From a virus: a stretch of DNA of 64,000 nucleotides. Below the pieces are notes generated by a model. That model saw only the letters and a list, made by a program, of their open reading frames with translations. It did no database searches and was not told the origin of the DNA. The stretch's first letter is position 1. Every line of letters begins with the position of its first letter. Below, piece by piece: positions 39,712 to 49,932 of the stretch. A program made the position numbers and the translations under genes. The stretch covers positions 1 to 64,000 of the IMG/VR virus record IMGVR_UViG_3300017971_000032; one strand, written 5' to 3'.

Positions 39712-40696
39712 GCTTGGTGAGAAAGGTGGTCCAGGCTCCGGTAATTGGGGACATGCGGGTCGTCCTGGGCTAGTGGGTGGTAGCTCTAAGCGCAGCGTAC
39801 ATTTTGGCCCTGGGGATGCTGGTGCTTGGGGTGAAGATTTGAATGCTTTCATGGATGAGCGCACTCCCGAATATGGTGATTGGCGTCGTGCTAGTCACCG
39901 TATTAGAGCTGTAGTGAAGTCGCAAATCACCGATGAGCTTTGTGAACGCACAGGCTTAGACAGGGAATTGGTACGTGATTTTATTAAGCAATGGGCCCAT
40001 TCCAGTAATGATTCAGATATGCGCTCCTTGTCCATTCAGGAGGCAGCCGCAGAGGAATTGGGTGTTGAGTTGAGTGATTGGCAAAAGGCATCCATAGAGA
40101 AAATATTGGATGTCAGTTGGATGGATGAGCAATACTCGCATTGGCCCAAAGAAACACTAGACAAAGCCAAGGCTGATTATTTCAATCGACTTGATCGCAA
40201 GCCCTTGATGCCAAGAGAGCAAGAACGCCAGCTTGTGCGTGCTATGTATGATTATACTCAGGAGGAGTTGGCCAAGGCAGGCTACAAGCCTGATGATACT
40301 ATAGAAGTGTACCGTGGCGTTACATATGGTGACACCAAACCTGATTTTGGTGAGAGTGATGTAATTAACTATAAAGGCAATGCCATTGAATCTTGGAGTG
40401 TAGGAGAGCAAGTGGCTGATGCATTTGCTGCTGGTGGGGGTGAGTTGGGCCCAATTGACCCGATGGGAATATTGGATTATGGGGCAACAATATCTATGAA
40501 TGTGCCGGTCAAGAATATAATATCTACAGCTCATACAGGGTTTGGGTGTTTAAAGGAGGGCGAGGTTATTGTGGCTGGTAACGTGCCTGGCTCCAAAGGG
40601 TTTGTAAATACACTGTTTGAGCCACCTACCCAAGAAGAGATTGATGAGTACATGAACTTGACAGGTGCGAGTGAAGTGATAGATTATTGGACTTAA
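39689..40696 (+). CDS. GGPGSGNWGH-tagged protein with C-terminal ADP-ribosyltransferase-like domain
   Basis: N-terminal tag; VYRG, ESWS, EGEVIV (R-S-E pattern). Confidence 0.65.
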   Translation: MIKKLKLRLGEKGGPGSGNWGHAGRPGLVGGSSKRSVHFGPGDAGAWGEDLNAFMDERTPEYGDWRRASHRIRAVVKSQITDELCERTGLDRELVRDFIKQWAHSSNDSDMRSLSIQEAAAEELGVELSDWQKASIEKILDVSWMDEQYSHWPKETLDKAKADYFNRLDRKPLMPREQERQLVRAMYDYTQEELAKAGYKPDDTIEVYRGVTYGDTKPDFGESDVINYKGNAIESWSVGEQVADAFAAGGGELGPIDPMGILDYGATISMNVPVKNIISTAHTGFGCLKEGEVIVAGNVPGSKGFVNTLFEPPTQEEIDEYMNLTGASEVIDYWT

Positions 40697-40697
40697 T

Positions 40698-41483
40698 ATG
40701 GATGACAAAGCATTAGCTGGCCCAATATCCCCAGAGACAGAGATACGCACTCATCCAGATGGTCAGGATTGGGTGTATTATGCTGGCCAACCTATTGTAG
40801 AGCTTGGCCGCAAGCGTGCGCTGCCTGATGAGCATTGTCATCCTGAGCCTGGGTACACTGTAGGGCGTTGTAAAATGATAAAGCGCAATGGCGAACGTTG
40901 CCGCAACCCTGTGCGCAAGGGTTGGACAGTGTGCCATTACCATGGTGCTGGCTTCCCTTCTAACCCTGGAGGTTTGAACAATAAGCAGATTGTCTCAGGG
41001 CGTCACACACCTCATCTGCCTTCCAGGCTTGTGGAAACATACCTTAACTACGCTAACAGCCCTGAGCATCTCAGTATGGCTGATGAGTTGGCCTTGCTAG
41101 ATACGCGCATGGCAGAGCTGCTGACCAGGCTAGACACGTCAGACGTGAAGCGTGCTTGGTTGAAAGTGAGACATGCACGCCAATTGTTGAACGGGGTTGA
41201 CTCGGATGATAAACGTTTGGATGATGCCATAGGTTTGTTAGATGAGGCTACGGGCATCAAAGGTGAGGACGCTGAGATATGGGATGAGATATGCGCTATT
41301 GTGGAGGAAAGACGCAAGGTTGCTGATTCAGAGCGCAAGCGTGTGACTGATGCTCAGCAAGTCATGACCTATGAGAAGGCCAATATGCTAGTGGCTTTTT
41401 TGATGTCTAGTGTCCAAACCCATGTCCAAGATCCACAGGTGCTGCGTGCCATAGCTGATGATATGAAGCGTGTTACTCTGTAA
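40698..41483 (+). CDS. Terminase small subunit candidate (HGGxSTG-like Zn finger)
   Basis: C...KRNGERCRNP...CHYHGAG followed by helical region. Confidence 0.65.
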   Translation: MDDKALAGPISPETEIRTHPDGQDWVYYAGQPIVELGRKRALPDEHCHPEPGYTVGRCKMIKRNGERCRNPVRKGWTVCHYHGAGFPSNPGGLNNKQIVSGRHTPHLPSRLVETYLNYANSPEHLSMADELALLDTRMAELLTRLDTSDVKRAWLKVRHARQLLNGVDSDDKRLDDAIGLLDEATGIKGEDAEIWDEICAIVEERRKVADSERKRVTDAQQVMTYEKANMLVAFLMSSVQTHVQDPQVLRAIADDMKRVTL

Positions 41484-41484
41484 G

Positions 41485-41496
41485 CGGTTTAGTATA
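41485..41496 (+). promoter_or_regulatory. CGGTTTAGTATA copy 5
   Basis: Exact motif just after the stop codon, before a structured RNA. Confidence 0.75.
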
Positions 41497-41499
41497 GTA

Positions 41500-41586
41500 A
41501 GTGGTGGGGGCAACGTGCCTCCTTAGGATAACCTGCAACGGGATTTGGACATCTGAATGCTTGTACTACTACTTGCCCCCACCACT
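41500..41586 (+). ncRNA. Structured RNA candidate closed by a 14-bp stem; interior contains CCTCCTTA
   Basis: agtggtgggggcaa pairs with ttgcccccaccact. Confidence 0.55.
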
Positions 41587-41653
41587 ACACAAGGTAATTA
41601 TAGCTATTGTAGTAGGTGCAGACTTTAATGTGAATCGGGAGGAGTTGCAGTTA

Positions 41654-44600
41654 TGCCAGATCCAAAGCCAGAACCAAAACCAGAAGAAGTAAAAGAAACG
41701 GAGTCCGCCCAATATGTGGATCGCCATCTTCACTACATCGAAGACATCGACAGCGAGGGAGGTCACCATGGCGATTGGATAAAGATTGAGGAGAATAAAG
41801 ATGAAAGATCTTGAACATTCCGGCCATATAGACGAGGATCAGTTCTACAGCATCGCACTAGGTGTCTTGATTGGCGGAGTGGCCGTTCTGGTAGGATTGT
41901 TGCTTGGCGTGATTGTGGGCCGACTCGGTTTGTTGGAATTGATTCTGGGGATGTGAGGTAACATGAAAGATCCAGCTGTAGGATTCTCGGCAAGGTTCCT
42001 GTTGTATGTGCTGATTCTAATAGCAATAGCAGGTGTAGGAATTGCCATATTTGATTTCTTGGGTCATCAGATCTTTGGCCCTGTGTGGGTGTGGTGATGA
42101 CAAAACACAGAGACGATTACAGGTTGGTCAACGTCAAAGGTTCAGGCATTGGCGTGATAGAGCCTGACACCTGGGCACGGATGCCAGAGGAGCTGAAGAC
42201 TGAAAACCATATTGAGGTTCTTGCTACGAACGAGGAAGTTGTCATCAGAGCAGCCTACCATTCTCATCCAGATAAGTACAACTGGAGGGACTCTGGTCAT
42301 ATAGCACCTAAGAATAAGAAATAGAAAGTGAACGATGACGGGAGGTAAGTGTGATGCCCAAGTTTGATCCTTATGATAATCCTGATTATACGATTATAGC
42401 GGCGGAGCCTGGTACGCCTGAGCATGATGCTATGTGCGAGTTCTACAACGAGGGCAACTATGGGTTTGGTGGATTGTTGATGAGGCTGGCGCTGATTCTG
42501 CTTCTTCTACCGCTTGGCACAGCATGCATATGCGCACTAATGGGAGATCCAGAACTAGTGCGACAAGTGTTAGGAATGTGATATGACCTGCCCATCTAGA
42601 CCCAACTACACTGGGTTGATATGCGTGGTTCTAGGCCTCATTTTCATATGCTGCATGGCCACCATTGCTGCACCAGACACAGTGCTAGACCTGATATTTA
42701 ACCTGGTCGTAAACTGGTGACATAGGAGAGTTTGCTCAGATTTGGGGGAGATTGATGTTCAAGAACTGGAACTTCGATTGGGAAGGAATCAAGAGCTGCG
42801 TGCTTGTTCCTATTGCTCTCGTTCTTCTCATGATCCTAATTGGAATGGTGCTAGGAAAGTGTAGCTAATGGGTGAATGCTAGTGAGTAATGTCAAAGGCT
42901 ACAATCCTGTAGGTGGATGTGGGTGTCTACTATTTGTATTGTGTATTACCGCTGTGCTAGCAATGTGTGTAGTTAACAGCATGAGGTGATTTATGGACTA
43001 CCTATTGGTGTGCGACGATGAGACTGCCAGACTATTGCAAGAGGCTTTGAACGGCCACAAGATCAAGGTAGTGCCTAAGGTTGAATCATTGGGATTCCAA
43101 CATCCTGAGGGTTCTCCTTTGCGTGAGATCAAGCGTGACGGCACTCCCACTTCCCAAATGGACAAACATGGACATAGACGGTAGTGACGAGTATGTGGAG
43201 TTCCCTGACTTCGAGGAATGGTTAGGCTTGAGGTATGGTATGCCGAAGCAGGGAACTGCAGAATATAATGTTCTGAAGCGTTTTGGGCACCGTGTCTACT
43301 TGGACAGAGCGTATCCTGAGATATTCTGCCAAACCGGAGTTTCTAAGCGGGATATATGGGGTTGGCAGCATCACTTGTACCGTTGGTACTGTGTAAGGCT
43401 AATGACCGGAGATGATGACGAGGTTGACGAGGATGCGCTCCTCGCACTTTTAGAGACAGCCCCTGTATATTATGTGCTTAACGACATCTCCGTGCCCGGA
43501 GTCACGAATATCGCGGTCAACACTAAGTGCGTGCCTGTGTGGTGGGATGGGGGCAGGGCTGTTGTGCTGTTTTGCATAGGAGATGACTTAGTACTAGCAG
43601 AAGTGCCGCAGGCTGATCTGAAAGAGACTGACAGCACTTTCAGATCTTGGGAGGATATAGAGTGATGGATGGCAAGTCTGTATACGCATTTCTAGCGGAT
43701 CCTGCTAATCGTGTGGTCAACAATGATTTGTATAATTTGGCCAAAGATTGGGCAAGGCGTGCGCAGAGTTTAGACACTACACCCACTCAGCACGAGACAG
43801 AGGAGCTGGCTGCAGCCTGTACGGCTGTGCTGGCAACAGTGCCTTATATGTATAAAGATTCAGACGAACTGGATGAGGAGTTCCTATAGGTGCGCGACAA
43901 TCACTCACTAGGCGAGATCGTCGTGGCATTGATTATAGTCACAGCCACACTGATAGTGTTGGCCGTGTTGTCGCACGGCGAGATACGTAAACATACAGAT
44001 CCAAGGTGGGTGAGTGCGGCTGCCGACATCATACAAATGGTCATACTTATGTATATAGGCAGCTGGGTGTGGCGTATATCTCACAACTTAGATGCCTTGT
44101 TGGCCATACTCAGTGGTGATGCATCACATCTAAACCCTAACTTGACTGGGTTGGTTGCGCTAGCAGTCCAGAAGTTCAAAGAGGCAGCACAAGAGCTGGA
44201 GGATAATCTCAAAGATGGCGGGAAAAAAGACTAACGTATGCAAAGACATAAAGCAATGTCCTGTATGTGGTGGTACACATCCTAATTTGAGCCTTGCCCC
44301 ATTGCCTGAAGGTGCAATGATGGAGGATTATGGCTGGAGTGAGGAGGTAACGCATTGGGGTATATGCCCAATGACCAATTCTATTATCCAAGTGAAGGTA
44401 GAAGAGGATGGGGGAGATGAGGCCTGACGACAACGAGAAGGGCCCATTGGTAACCTACTATGAAGATCTGGCAGGTGTTACCATCATTGACGTGGCCACT
44501 ATTCCTGCTGAAGTTCCAAGGCAATGCAAGACATATGTTTTGCTAAAGGGCAGGGATAGGGAAGGCAATCCTGTACGATTTATGCTGGCAATGGTTGGGG

Positions 44601-45143
44601 TTAAGAGTGCTTGTCCTGACCATGGCGATATGCTGGATGATATGATTGATGGTATTGACTTCTTTGCCCTGCAAGAAGTAAGGCAAAGGGAGCGTGGGCA
44701 GGCATTGAACAGCTTGCGCTTGCTAAAGGAGCAAGACGGTGAAGGCTGAGGAACCGCTTTCAGAGAAGGTTCTGCGCATAATGTGTGTCAATGGTACCAT
44801 ATACACGCGATCAAAGCGTTCCAATTGGGACAAATGGGCTGTGATATTGATGATTATATTGGTTGTGGCCATAATTGTAGTAAACGCTATTAGCAAGACG
44901 TTTATTTAGTAAATATGGGAGCAAGCTATGAGGCCTATAGATTTTGAAGATGCTCAGGAAACGTTAGCCCAAGAATTTGTTATAAGCGAGATCCAACGGG
45001 TGATCAACGAACATGAAGCACGCAAGCGTTTTGAAATGATCAAAGCACGCAAGCGTTGGGAGCGTCATTGGCGCACACGTCTGTCCAAATGGCTAAGGTC
45101 TGTGGCGCATCATGTAGCGTTGCCGGAGCCGCCTGAGTGCTAG
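41654..45143 (+). other. Run of small hypothetical ORFs, several predicted membrane peptides (e.g. 42351-42581, 43168-43665, 43890-44234, 44408-44749, 44928-45143)
   Basis: Dense coupled short ORFs, no recognisable motifs. Confidence 0.5.
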
Positions 45144-46687
45144 ATATAGAAGCGTTTCAACAGCCTGACCAGCCTGACTTGGCTAACAGGCTAATACAAG
45201 AATGGGCGGACAAGCTCACATTTGGTGGCCCTATAGATGCTAATAACCCTATAGAGTCACCTACTGAATGGATACAAACCAACTTCCTGATTGACAGGCC
45301 AAGGGAGCCGGTTACAGGAAGAGTGTTACCTAAAGGACCAATACGTCTGGCAGAGTATCAAGCCAGGGTTGTAGAAGAAGCGCTACGGCGTGACGCTGAC
45401 GGCAAGCTCATTTACAATACAATAGTGTGGTCAGAGCCAAAGAAATCAGGCAAGACGGCTGTAGCAGCAGGCGTAGGTATGTATATGGGACAGACTAATG
45501 AGGCCTGCCACATATACTGCCTGGCTAATGACGGCAAGCAATCCCAAGACCGCATATTCAATGCAATGGCCAGATCTATCCAGCTACATAATAAGCTTGG
45601 TGGATGCTATGTAGGGCTGAAAGCCACATACTCTCCGCCTACGATAGTCTTGCCCAACCGTACTAAGATTGAAGCTATCCCGTGCGACGCAGCGGGCGAA
45701 GCTGGATCAGAACCATTGATGACGATATGGTCAGAGCTGTGGGGCTATGCTCAGAAGCACAAAGAGCGCATTTGGACAGAGTTGACTATACCTCCTACAC
45801 TTCACGGCTACGCAATGCGTTGGGTTGAGAGTTATGCAGGCTATGAGGATGAATCCACCACTCTTTGGAATCTATATGATGTAGGAGTCAATCATGGCAA
45901 GCGGCATCCCCATTTCTCTGAGTTGCCTGTATATGTGAATGAGGCTGCCAAGCAACTGACATTTTGGTCTCACGAGCCCAGGCAGCCTTGGCAGACTAAA
46001 GACTACTATGCTGCTGAATCGCTGTTGCTGACACCTAATGAGTTCACGCGTATTCACTGCAACCAGTGGATCACATCTGTGACCTCATTGTTTGAGGACA
46101 TTATCACTTGGGACAAGTGTGCTAACCCTAATATTGCCAGACCACTGTTGCCAGGAGATGATACCCCACTAGTACTAGCAATGGATGCAGCCTACGCCAA
46201 TGATTGTGCGGCTATTGTGGGAGTGACACGTCATCCAGATGATGAGTGGGATGCTGAGCACAGACGTGTCATAGAACGTGTAGCATTGGTTTGGGAACCG
46301 CCCAAAGGTGATAAACTCAATTTTACCCTTACTTTAGAGCCAGCCATCATTGAGCTTTGTGAGGAGATGAACGTTTACACAGTTGTGTATGACCCATACC
46401 AGCTACACAAATTTGCCACGGATATGATGATGCAAGGCATTGCCCCATTCAAAGAGTTTTCGCAGGCTGGTAGGCGATTGCGGGCAGACAGACAGTTTTA
46501 CGATATGGTCATCCATCGTCATTACATACATTCAGGCAATGACGATATGAGACAGCATGTACGCAACTGTGCCAAGAAGGAAGAGGGCAAGAACTTGAGA
46601 TTAGTCAAGAAGTCACCCACTAAGCCCATTGACTTGGCCGTGGCCACATCAATGGCAGTGGATGAGTGCTTGAGGTTAAATATCTAG
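45137..46687 (+). CDS. terL: Terminase large subunit
   Basis: RLAEYQ adenine motif, EPKKSGKT Walker A, nuclease AMD...D, VYDPYQ, PIDLAVA. Confidence 0.9.
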   Translation: MLDIEAFQQPDQPDLANRLIQEWADKLTFGGPIDANNPIESPTEWIQTNFLIDRPREPVTGRVLPKGPIRLAEYQARVVEEALRRDADGKLIYNTIVWSEPKKSGKTAVAAGVGMYMGQTNEACHIYCLANDGKQSQDRIFNAMARSIQLHNKLGGCYVGLKATYSPPTIVLPNRTKIEAIPCDAAGEAGSEPLMTIWSELWGYAQKHKERIWTELTIPPTLHGYAMRWVESYAGYEDESTTLWNLYDVGVNHGKRHPHFSELPVYVNEAAKQLTFWSHEPRQPWQTKDYYAAESLLLTPNEFTRIHCNQWITSVTSLFEDIITWDKCANPNIARPLLPGDDTPLVLAMDAAYANDCAAIVGVTRHPDDEWDAEHRRVIERVALVWEPPKGDKLNFTLTLEPAIIELCEEMNVYTVVYDPYQLHKFATDMMMQGIAPFKEFSQAGRRLRADRQFYDMVIHRHYIHSGNDDMRQHVRNCAKKEEGKNLRLVKKSPTKPIDLAVATSMAVDECLRLNI

Positions 46688-46688
46688 T

Positions 46689-46883
46689 ATGAGTACTCCA
46701 GAGACTAAACACACAGGAAAGTTCCGCAGAGTAGGACGTCAATGCCGCCCGCCAGCACAACCACGCCAGCGCACTTGCAAGGGTTGTAATATTCCTATGG
46801 AATGGGTATGCACAGGCCACAATGACCGTACGGGCAAGGCATACGGATATTGGATTTGCCCTGAATGCGGAGAGACCAAATGA
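46689..46883 (+). CDS. Zn-ribbon protein (paralog of 47109-47351)
   Basis: CKGCNIPMEWV...GYWICPEC. Confidence 0.55.
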   Translation: MSTPETKHTGKFRRVGRQCRPPAQPRQRTCKGCNIPMEWVCTGHNDRTGKAYGYWICPECGETK

Positions 46884-47107
46884 GCATAGTAATGATCACA
46901 ATTCCAGACGAGGGCCATCCATTGCATATAGTGGAGTGGGATTCACCAGCAGTGTTTATATACGTCCCACGTGACAATCCAGACATCACTATAGAGCATA
47001 CTACTGAAGGTGATAAGCTCAATTTTACCCTTGCTATAAAGCCGGCTATTACAAAGCTTTGTAATAGCCTGAGACATCTGATTTGCCTGGCACCAGAAAG
47101 GTCATAG
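46880..47107 (+). CDS. Small protein containing a copy of a terminase nuclease-domain segment
   Basis: GDKLNFTLAIKPAITKLC vs TerL GDKLNFTLTLEPAIIELC. Confidence 0.5.
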   Translation: MSIVMITIPDEGHPLHIVEWDSPAVFIYVPRDNPDITIEHTTEGDKLNFTLAIKPAITKLCNSLRHLICLAPERS

Positions 47108-47108
47108 A

Positions 47109-47351
47109 ATGGATGAGCAAACACAATCCGTTGAGATTATTGAACCAAATTTAAGCGTTGATTGCCGTAATTGCGACATTGCTATGGAATGGGTGCCTAC
47201 GGACATAGTTGATCATCCTGAGGACGTAGACGCCAAGTGTCGTATAGGGTATTATCAGTGTCCTGAATGCCAAAGGACCACATGGCTGATAACACCATAC
47301 AATAATCCAGGTGCATATGGTATAGGAGAGGAGCCATTAGAGAATGGATGA
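47109..47351 (+). CDS. Zn-ribbon protein
   Basis: CRNCDIAMEWV...GYYQCPEC. Confidence 0.55.
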   Translation: MDEQTQSVEIIEPNLSVDCRNCDIAMEWVPTDIVDHPEDVDAKCRIGYYQCPECQRTTWLITPYNNPGAYGIGEEPLENG

Positions 47352-47571
47352 GGAAGGACGAGACCCAAGAGTAGGAATGACTATAGGAGTAACAGCCAGT
47401 ATAGGGAACTATCAATCCTTGAAAGTATCCGTATATGCGGAGATGTGCGTACTACCAGGGGAGACTACTACCCGAGCCTTGGACGTATTACAGAAGCATC
47501 TCCTACAGGAGCTATACGATCGTGCGAAGGAGATAGAAGGGGGCTTAAGGGATAACGGTATAGTAAGATAG
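47344..47571 (+). CDS. Hypothetical protein
   Basis: GVTASIGNYQSLKV; last + strand ORF before the switch. Confidence 0.55.
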   Translation: MDEEGRDPRVGMTIGVTASIGNYQSLKVSVYAEMCVLPGETTTRALDVLQKHLLQELYDRAKEIEGGLRDNGIVR

Positions 47572-47886
47572 ATCTAAAGCAATAAGGTATAAGGCTAAAG
47601 GAGCTTATGTCTAGGGGCTTATAGGCTAACATATTTGTAGGGGGCAGAGCATCTCCTATAAGTCCTTAGGTATAGGCTCCTTTATAGTGTATATAGGGGA
47701 GAGGGATAGTATGTGGGGGAGGGGAGTGGGTACGGATATGTATGGGGGTGTAGGAGTATATGTAGTGATGGGATATGGGCATAGGGATGGAGGGAGTGTG
47801 TAGAATAGACAAATATCCCCCCTTGCCTCCCCTCTTGCTAAACGCTCCCCTAGCACTAGCTCCCTCCTATAGGAGCGCAGCACAAC

Positions 47887-47917
47887 AGCCTATCAGTTAG
47901 CCATTAACTGATAGGCT
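47887..47917. terminator. 13-bp hairpin at the convergent strand switch (probable terminator)
   Basis: agcctatcagtta-gccat-taactgataggct followed by ttatttat. Confidence 0.7.
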
Positions 47918-48146
47918 TTATTTATAGCGCTATGTAATTGTACAGGCAATAATTATTGCCTGGCGCGCATGGCATGGGGTGGGGTGTGTTTGTATATTAC
48001 TGTGGTCAGAACAACTCGGGAAAACTTTATACTTGCCAACCAATTTTTGAATACTGGCCCAAGCAAGTATTTATGGGGATATATGGGAATAGGTATAGGG
48101 GAGTATATACAGGGTGTACGTGCTCCCCTATACCTACGGGCACTGC

Positions 48147-48485
48147 CTACTCGTACCGCTCCAATAGACTATTCACAGCAGACCTTATAGAGTGGCCTTC
48201 AGCATGCCCTACTACTTCATGGAGGCTACTTTCCAAGAAAGCGTAGCAGTGTCCTTCACTACCTTCCACTACTACTCTGAGACTCCCATTCAGTACATCT
48301 TCCTCCACATAGCTACTCTTCTCCTCTTGGCGCTTTGGCCTATCTTCTTCTACCGCAGCTTCCCAACCAGCTTGCCAATCATCATGGGCAATCGTTCCTG
48401 GTTCATATGGATTATCCTGTCCACCATACCAATAAAACCGACAACCTTGCCTATAGGCTCTTGACTTCAAGCGTGACTTGTTCAT
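48147..48485 (-). CDS. Hypothetical protein with RMF-like AYxxG..NPY..WxxGW motif
   Basis: AYRQG...NPY...DWQAGW. Confidence 0.5.
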   Translation of the reverse strand: MNKSRLKSRAYRQGCRFYWYGGQDNPYEPGTIAHDDWQAGWEAAVEEDRPKRQEEKSSYVEEDVLNGSLRVVVEGSEGHCYAFLESSLHEVVGHAEGHSIRSAVNSLLERYE

Positions 48486-49291
48486 AGTCCCACCTCCATG
48501 AGCTTGGCCAGCGCTTCCTCTGGACTGTCCTGCCATCCACTGCTACTGACAGCTCCGGCATGGTTGCGGCATTGTTGCGGCCATGAGAAGCGGTCATGAG
48601 AAATGGCCCAGGAGATGCTTGCTATGTACTTGTTGGCCGTCCCTATGGCCCCATTAGTTTGGCCACGGCGAATGCGAATAATGGCATCAGGACGTTCCGA
48701 CATGGCATCGAGAATGGACTGACGCTTATTGGTGTCTACTACTGGATCCTCCAACTGGGACACGCGTGCATCCAACTTGGCCATCTCCTCACCTACCTTG
48801 TCATCCATAACCTCCATGCGATTACACACTTCATTTACATAGTCCTCCAAAATCTCGGAGGACTTCTTTAGATCCAAGAAGAGCTTGTCTACCTCCCGCA
48901 AGGTATGCTCCAACAGGGATACACGTCGGCCGAGCATGTTTAGGATCTGTACATTGTTGGCCCTGGCCTTGTCCAAGGCTGCCATGAGCTTGCGCACATC
49001 TTCCTTAGCTGACTCATGAGGCTGGATGTCTTCTATGATGGGAATAACGTAAGCCTCATGTCCATACTCAACTTCACCCCTATGATTGTCTTTGGCAAAT
49101 GCGGATGGATCTGCCAAGATCTTATGAACGTATTGGCCAACGTCCTGCATCTGCACTGGCTGCTCCAGCTCGATCATAGCATACAGCTCTGGGTATAACT
49201 TCATATGCTTGCCGGGAACATAGTTCGTGATGCTGATGCTAGCCAACTCCCAACTATTTACTGGTGTGACGAATATGTAGTTGTCGTGCAT
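48482..49291 (-). CDS. Coiled-coil hypothetical protein
   Basis: GGAGG RBS, heptad region. Confidence 0.55.
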   Translation of the reverse strand: MHDNYIFVTPVNSWELASISITNYVPGKHMKLYPELYAMIELEQPVQMQDVGQYVHKILADPSAFAKDNHRGEVEYGHEAYVIPIIEDIQPHESAKEDVRKLMAALDKARANNVQILNMLGRRVSLLEHTLREVDKLFLDLKKSSEILEDYVNEVCNRMEVMDDKVGEEMAKLDARVSQLEDPVVDTNKRQSILDAMSERPDAIIRIRRGQTNGAIGTANKYIASISWAISHDRFSWPQQCRNHAGAVSSSGWQDSPEEALAKLMEVGL

Positions 49292-49304
49292 TTTTGGTGC
49301 CTCC

Positions 49305-49550
49305 TTACCAACAGTCTGGTTCTCCAACGGCTGCCAAGCTTGGAAAGACAGCTTGGCAAACCTCATCCTCATGGGCGTGGATGCGCATGCCTTGTGGCGG
49401 AACATCCCCATCCCAATGGCAACGGTACAAGCGGTAGTGCAACTTGCCCTCAACGGATCGAACAACAATGGCCTTGACGATGAACAACATCTCATCTCCT
49501 GGCTCAATGTCATCTGGCGTTACCGTGTACGGATCTACAATCTTAGGCAT
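49305..49550 (-). CDS. Hypothetical protein
   Basis: GGAGAG RBS. Confidence 0.5.
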   Translation of the reverse strand: MPKIVDPYTVTPDDIEPGDEMLFIVKAIVVRSVEGKLHYRLYRCHWDGDVPPQGMRIHAHEDEVCQAVFPSLAAVGEPDCW

Positions 49551-49923
49551 CGTTCTCTCCTTCTCCTACACAATAGTTATACATACTGGCTCTGTACTCT
49601 GGTGAGCCGAACTCATATCCTGCTACGTATTGGTGATATACAAGCATAGTAGGTGGTATGTCAATGAACAGGAATACCAACGTGGCCGTGGTCAGATCTT
49701 GATCAATCGAAAATGGGTCGACAATAACGTCTACCAGTCCTTCAAACGTGATGGGCCCAACCTTGAAGTGGCAGCCTATGTAGCAATTTGATAAGTGTTC
49801 AAACAGCTCCAGCTCCCCTACCACTTGAAGCTCCCAACAGCTTTTCTTATTGCGTTGAGGAGGCCATTTGGCAGTATGACTGACATGTTTGCCAGCCAAC
49901 GTCTTAAGTGTCTTGTAGGGCAT
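49543..49923 (-). CDS. Hypothetical protein
   Basis: Coupled ORF. Confidence 0.5.
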   Translation of the reverse strand: MPYKTLKTLAGKHVSHTAKWPPQRNKKSCWELQVVGELELFEHLSNCYIGCHFKVGPITFEGLVDVIVDPFSIDQDLTTATLVFLFIDIPPTMLVYHQYVAGYEFGSPEYRASMYNYCVGEGENDA

Positions 49924-49932
49924 GTCAACATC

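Noticed and set aside
46305-47062. Diversity-generating retroelement TR/VR pair
   Set aside because: Mismatches are not adenine-specific and no reverse transcriptase is in the window
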